Shown here one piece after another: positions 62,224-64,000 of a DNA stretch of 64,000 nt; position 1 is the stretch's first letter, and each line of letters opens with the position of its first letter. The notes below the pieces were generated by a model that had not been told where the DNA came from, made no database searches, and saw nothing but the letters and a program-made list of their open reading frames with translations. Source of the DNA: an uncultured delta proteobacterium (GTDB taxonomy: Bacteria; Myxococcota; B64-G9); assembly GCA_963754925.1 (NCBI GenBank), contig CAVWHX010000012.1:64001-128000 (forward strand), given 5' to 3'. The translations under genes and the position numbers were made by a program.

Positions 62224-63885
62224 TCCCAGCGCTCCTCGCTAAAGCAGCGATCGTCGATGAAGAATCTTAGATCGTGCAGTTCGTCGTTCCAGAATTCGCC
62301 ATCAAACGGGTAGTAGACTTGGCCACCGGTAAAGGGAATTTTTTCGCGGACCGCCTCGTGTTGGCTTGGCGTGCCCTTGACGCGTTTATAGATCGACAAC
62401 CCAATCTCGTACTCAAGCAAATTCATCTGCTCATCGAATTCGAGCAACGACTCGGCCACCGCCCGGATGGCGCGGTCGAGCCGGTCTTTGAGCCGCCGAT
62501 TGACTTCTTTTATTTTCAACTCGTAAATCTTGGTCAGGTGTGCCGACAGACCGTTTCCTTGCCATTGACTCTCGTAACTTTCCAACAGACCCAACTCGGT
62601 ATCCAGCTGCTTTTGGAAGGCGCTTATCTCGATCAAAGCCGGATCCTGCAACGCGGCGTCAAGCAAAACATCGTTTTTTTCCAACTCCACCCGGTTGTAA
62701 ATGGCGCTCAACGCATCCCCGTAGTATTGACGGAACTCCGCCACCGCGTCCTTTGCCACGTTATAGTGGCAGAGGTTGGTATACATCAGCGCCTTGAGCA
62801 CGTACTTTTCAGGGTTGAAGTAGCGATAGAACGCGGGCGCTTCTAGGGCATAGAGCAGTCCCATGGCTCGCCGGTAGTTTTTAAGGTCAGTATTGGATCC
62901 AGGCTTCCTCTAAAAAGACGGCGGCTTGCTTCTCTATCGGCGAATCGACGGTTTCGTACATGTTATAGGCTTCTTTGTATTTCTTTTGCTCGAACAGGAT
63001 ACGAGCCAAACTCTGGCGCGCGTTGTTGATCACGTCGGATTGTTTGATGTTCGAGTCGAGGATCTCCCCTAACATCTTGATGGCGGTGTCTGGGTCGAAT
63101 TTAACCAACCCATAGATCGCCTTGATGTAGCGCGCTTTGTATTCATAATACGTATCTTTGCGGATATTGGAAAAGTGCTTCTCGCCCCAATCGATAAACC
63201 CGTTCTGATAATCCAGATAACCTTGGTAGTATTCAACAAAATCGCGCAAATCATCCCGCAGGTAGCCGAAAGAGGTATCGTAGATTAGATCTTTCAGGAT
63301 CAACTCTTGATCGAAGGGGCCCTGGCGGGTGATGCGTTCGAGCTCGGTCAACGCATCGGGCAGCAGTTCAGCTTTGGTGCGGTTTTTGGCCACGTTGAAG
63401 AGATATTCGGCCGTGGCATGGGTAAACCCCAGCTCCTTGAGCGACATCGCCAAAAAATACTCGGCGTAGCCATAGTTTTCCGCGCCGGGTTCATTGCTGC
63501 CGAGGTAGTCCCAGAGCCGCTGGCAAGCTTTCGCGTAGCTTTTGTTGTAAAAAAGTCGAACGCCTTCGTCGAATACCTCGGGGCCGGCCTTTTCCAGCGG
63601 GACTTCCGGGCCCTTGACATCCTTCAGGTCGGCTGTACCCGCATTTGTTTTCGTTACGGGCGCTGGAGCCGGCGCCGGCGCTTTTTTAGTGTCCTTGGAT
63701 TCTTGCTCCGACCCGGCAGGGTTTCCTTGGCTCGCTGGCTGCACCCCTCCGGCACCTGTCGCCATCATCAGCAGCAATGCGAGAGATGGTAGCAAGCGAA
63801 GCGTTGAACACAATCTCTTGTCCCCTCGAGCAAAGCGAGAGGGGGCTAGGCTTAGGAACCACCCCGTAAATCGTATAATACGCAT
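62220..63885 (-). CDS. GltC-like TPR protein; extra base near 62888; family-1 element in its signal peptide
   Basis: LEEAWIQY-YLKNYRRAMG after removing one G; P.F..YFNPE; C-terminal YPFDGEFWNDEL. Confidence 0.78.
63780..63845 (-). repeat. Family-1 element (66 bp, opposite orientation)
   Basis: Minus strand ccccc-tctcgctttgctcga-ggggacaagagattgt..cgcttcgcttgc-taccatctct. Confidence 0.75.
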
Positions 63886-63906
63886 GGCCTAGCTCCTTTG
63901 TTTCCT

Positions 63907-64000
63907 TTACAAATTAACCGACAGCATCAAACCCACCAGCAGCATTTGTTTCAAAGGGCAGCCCACATCCAGGTCACTACTACCTGCGTTCCTTTGAAAA
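63907..64000 (-). CDS. 3' end of an upstream gene, possibly a GltA/B-like beta-barrel
   Basis: Open frame ...KQMLLVGLMLSVNL* directly upstream of the gltC-like gene. Confidence 0.4.
   Translation of the reverse strand, partial: FQRNAGSSDLDVGCPLKQMLLVGLMLSVNL

Overview
Bacterial chromosomal window, most likely from a Myxococcota/deltaproteobacterial lineage (inferred from the Glt gliding genes and a Myxococcus-type LexA box). Gene content in order: an imuA-imuB SOS-mutagenesis cassette, an accessory block (Smr, holin-like protein, lipoprotein, PAS hybrid kinase, SulP, mtgA, osmC), tRNA-Cys and tRNA-Gly, pgsA, a lytic transglycosylase, nadB and lipB. Then comes one contiguous gliding-apparatus cluster (gltK divergent from gltB-A-C-D-E-F-G-I-J), followed by an Ldh2-family gene, a YciO-like gene, acs, a porin and a second, paralogous glt-like cluster. 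The most striking signal is two families of small structured palindromic DNA elements. Family 1 is about 51-72 bp: YCCC-N4-GGGAYA, then AGAG-stem...stem-CTCT-AR. Family 2 is about 120 bp: TGYGTYG...CKCCTTG. Both show compensatory stem changes, nest inside each other and inside themselves, and sit in frame inside ImuA, ImuB and the signal peptides of several exported proteins, much like Rickettsia palindromic elements. About nine single-base frameshifts and one in-frame TAG also occur; these are probably long-read errors but cannot be resolved from the sequence alone. All product calls come from motif recognition by eye, with no database search.
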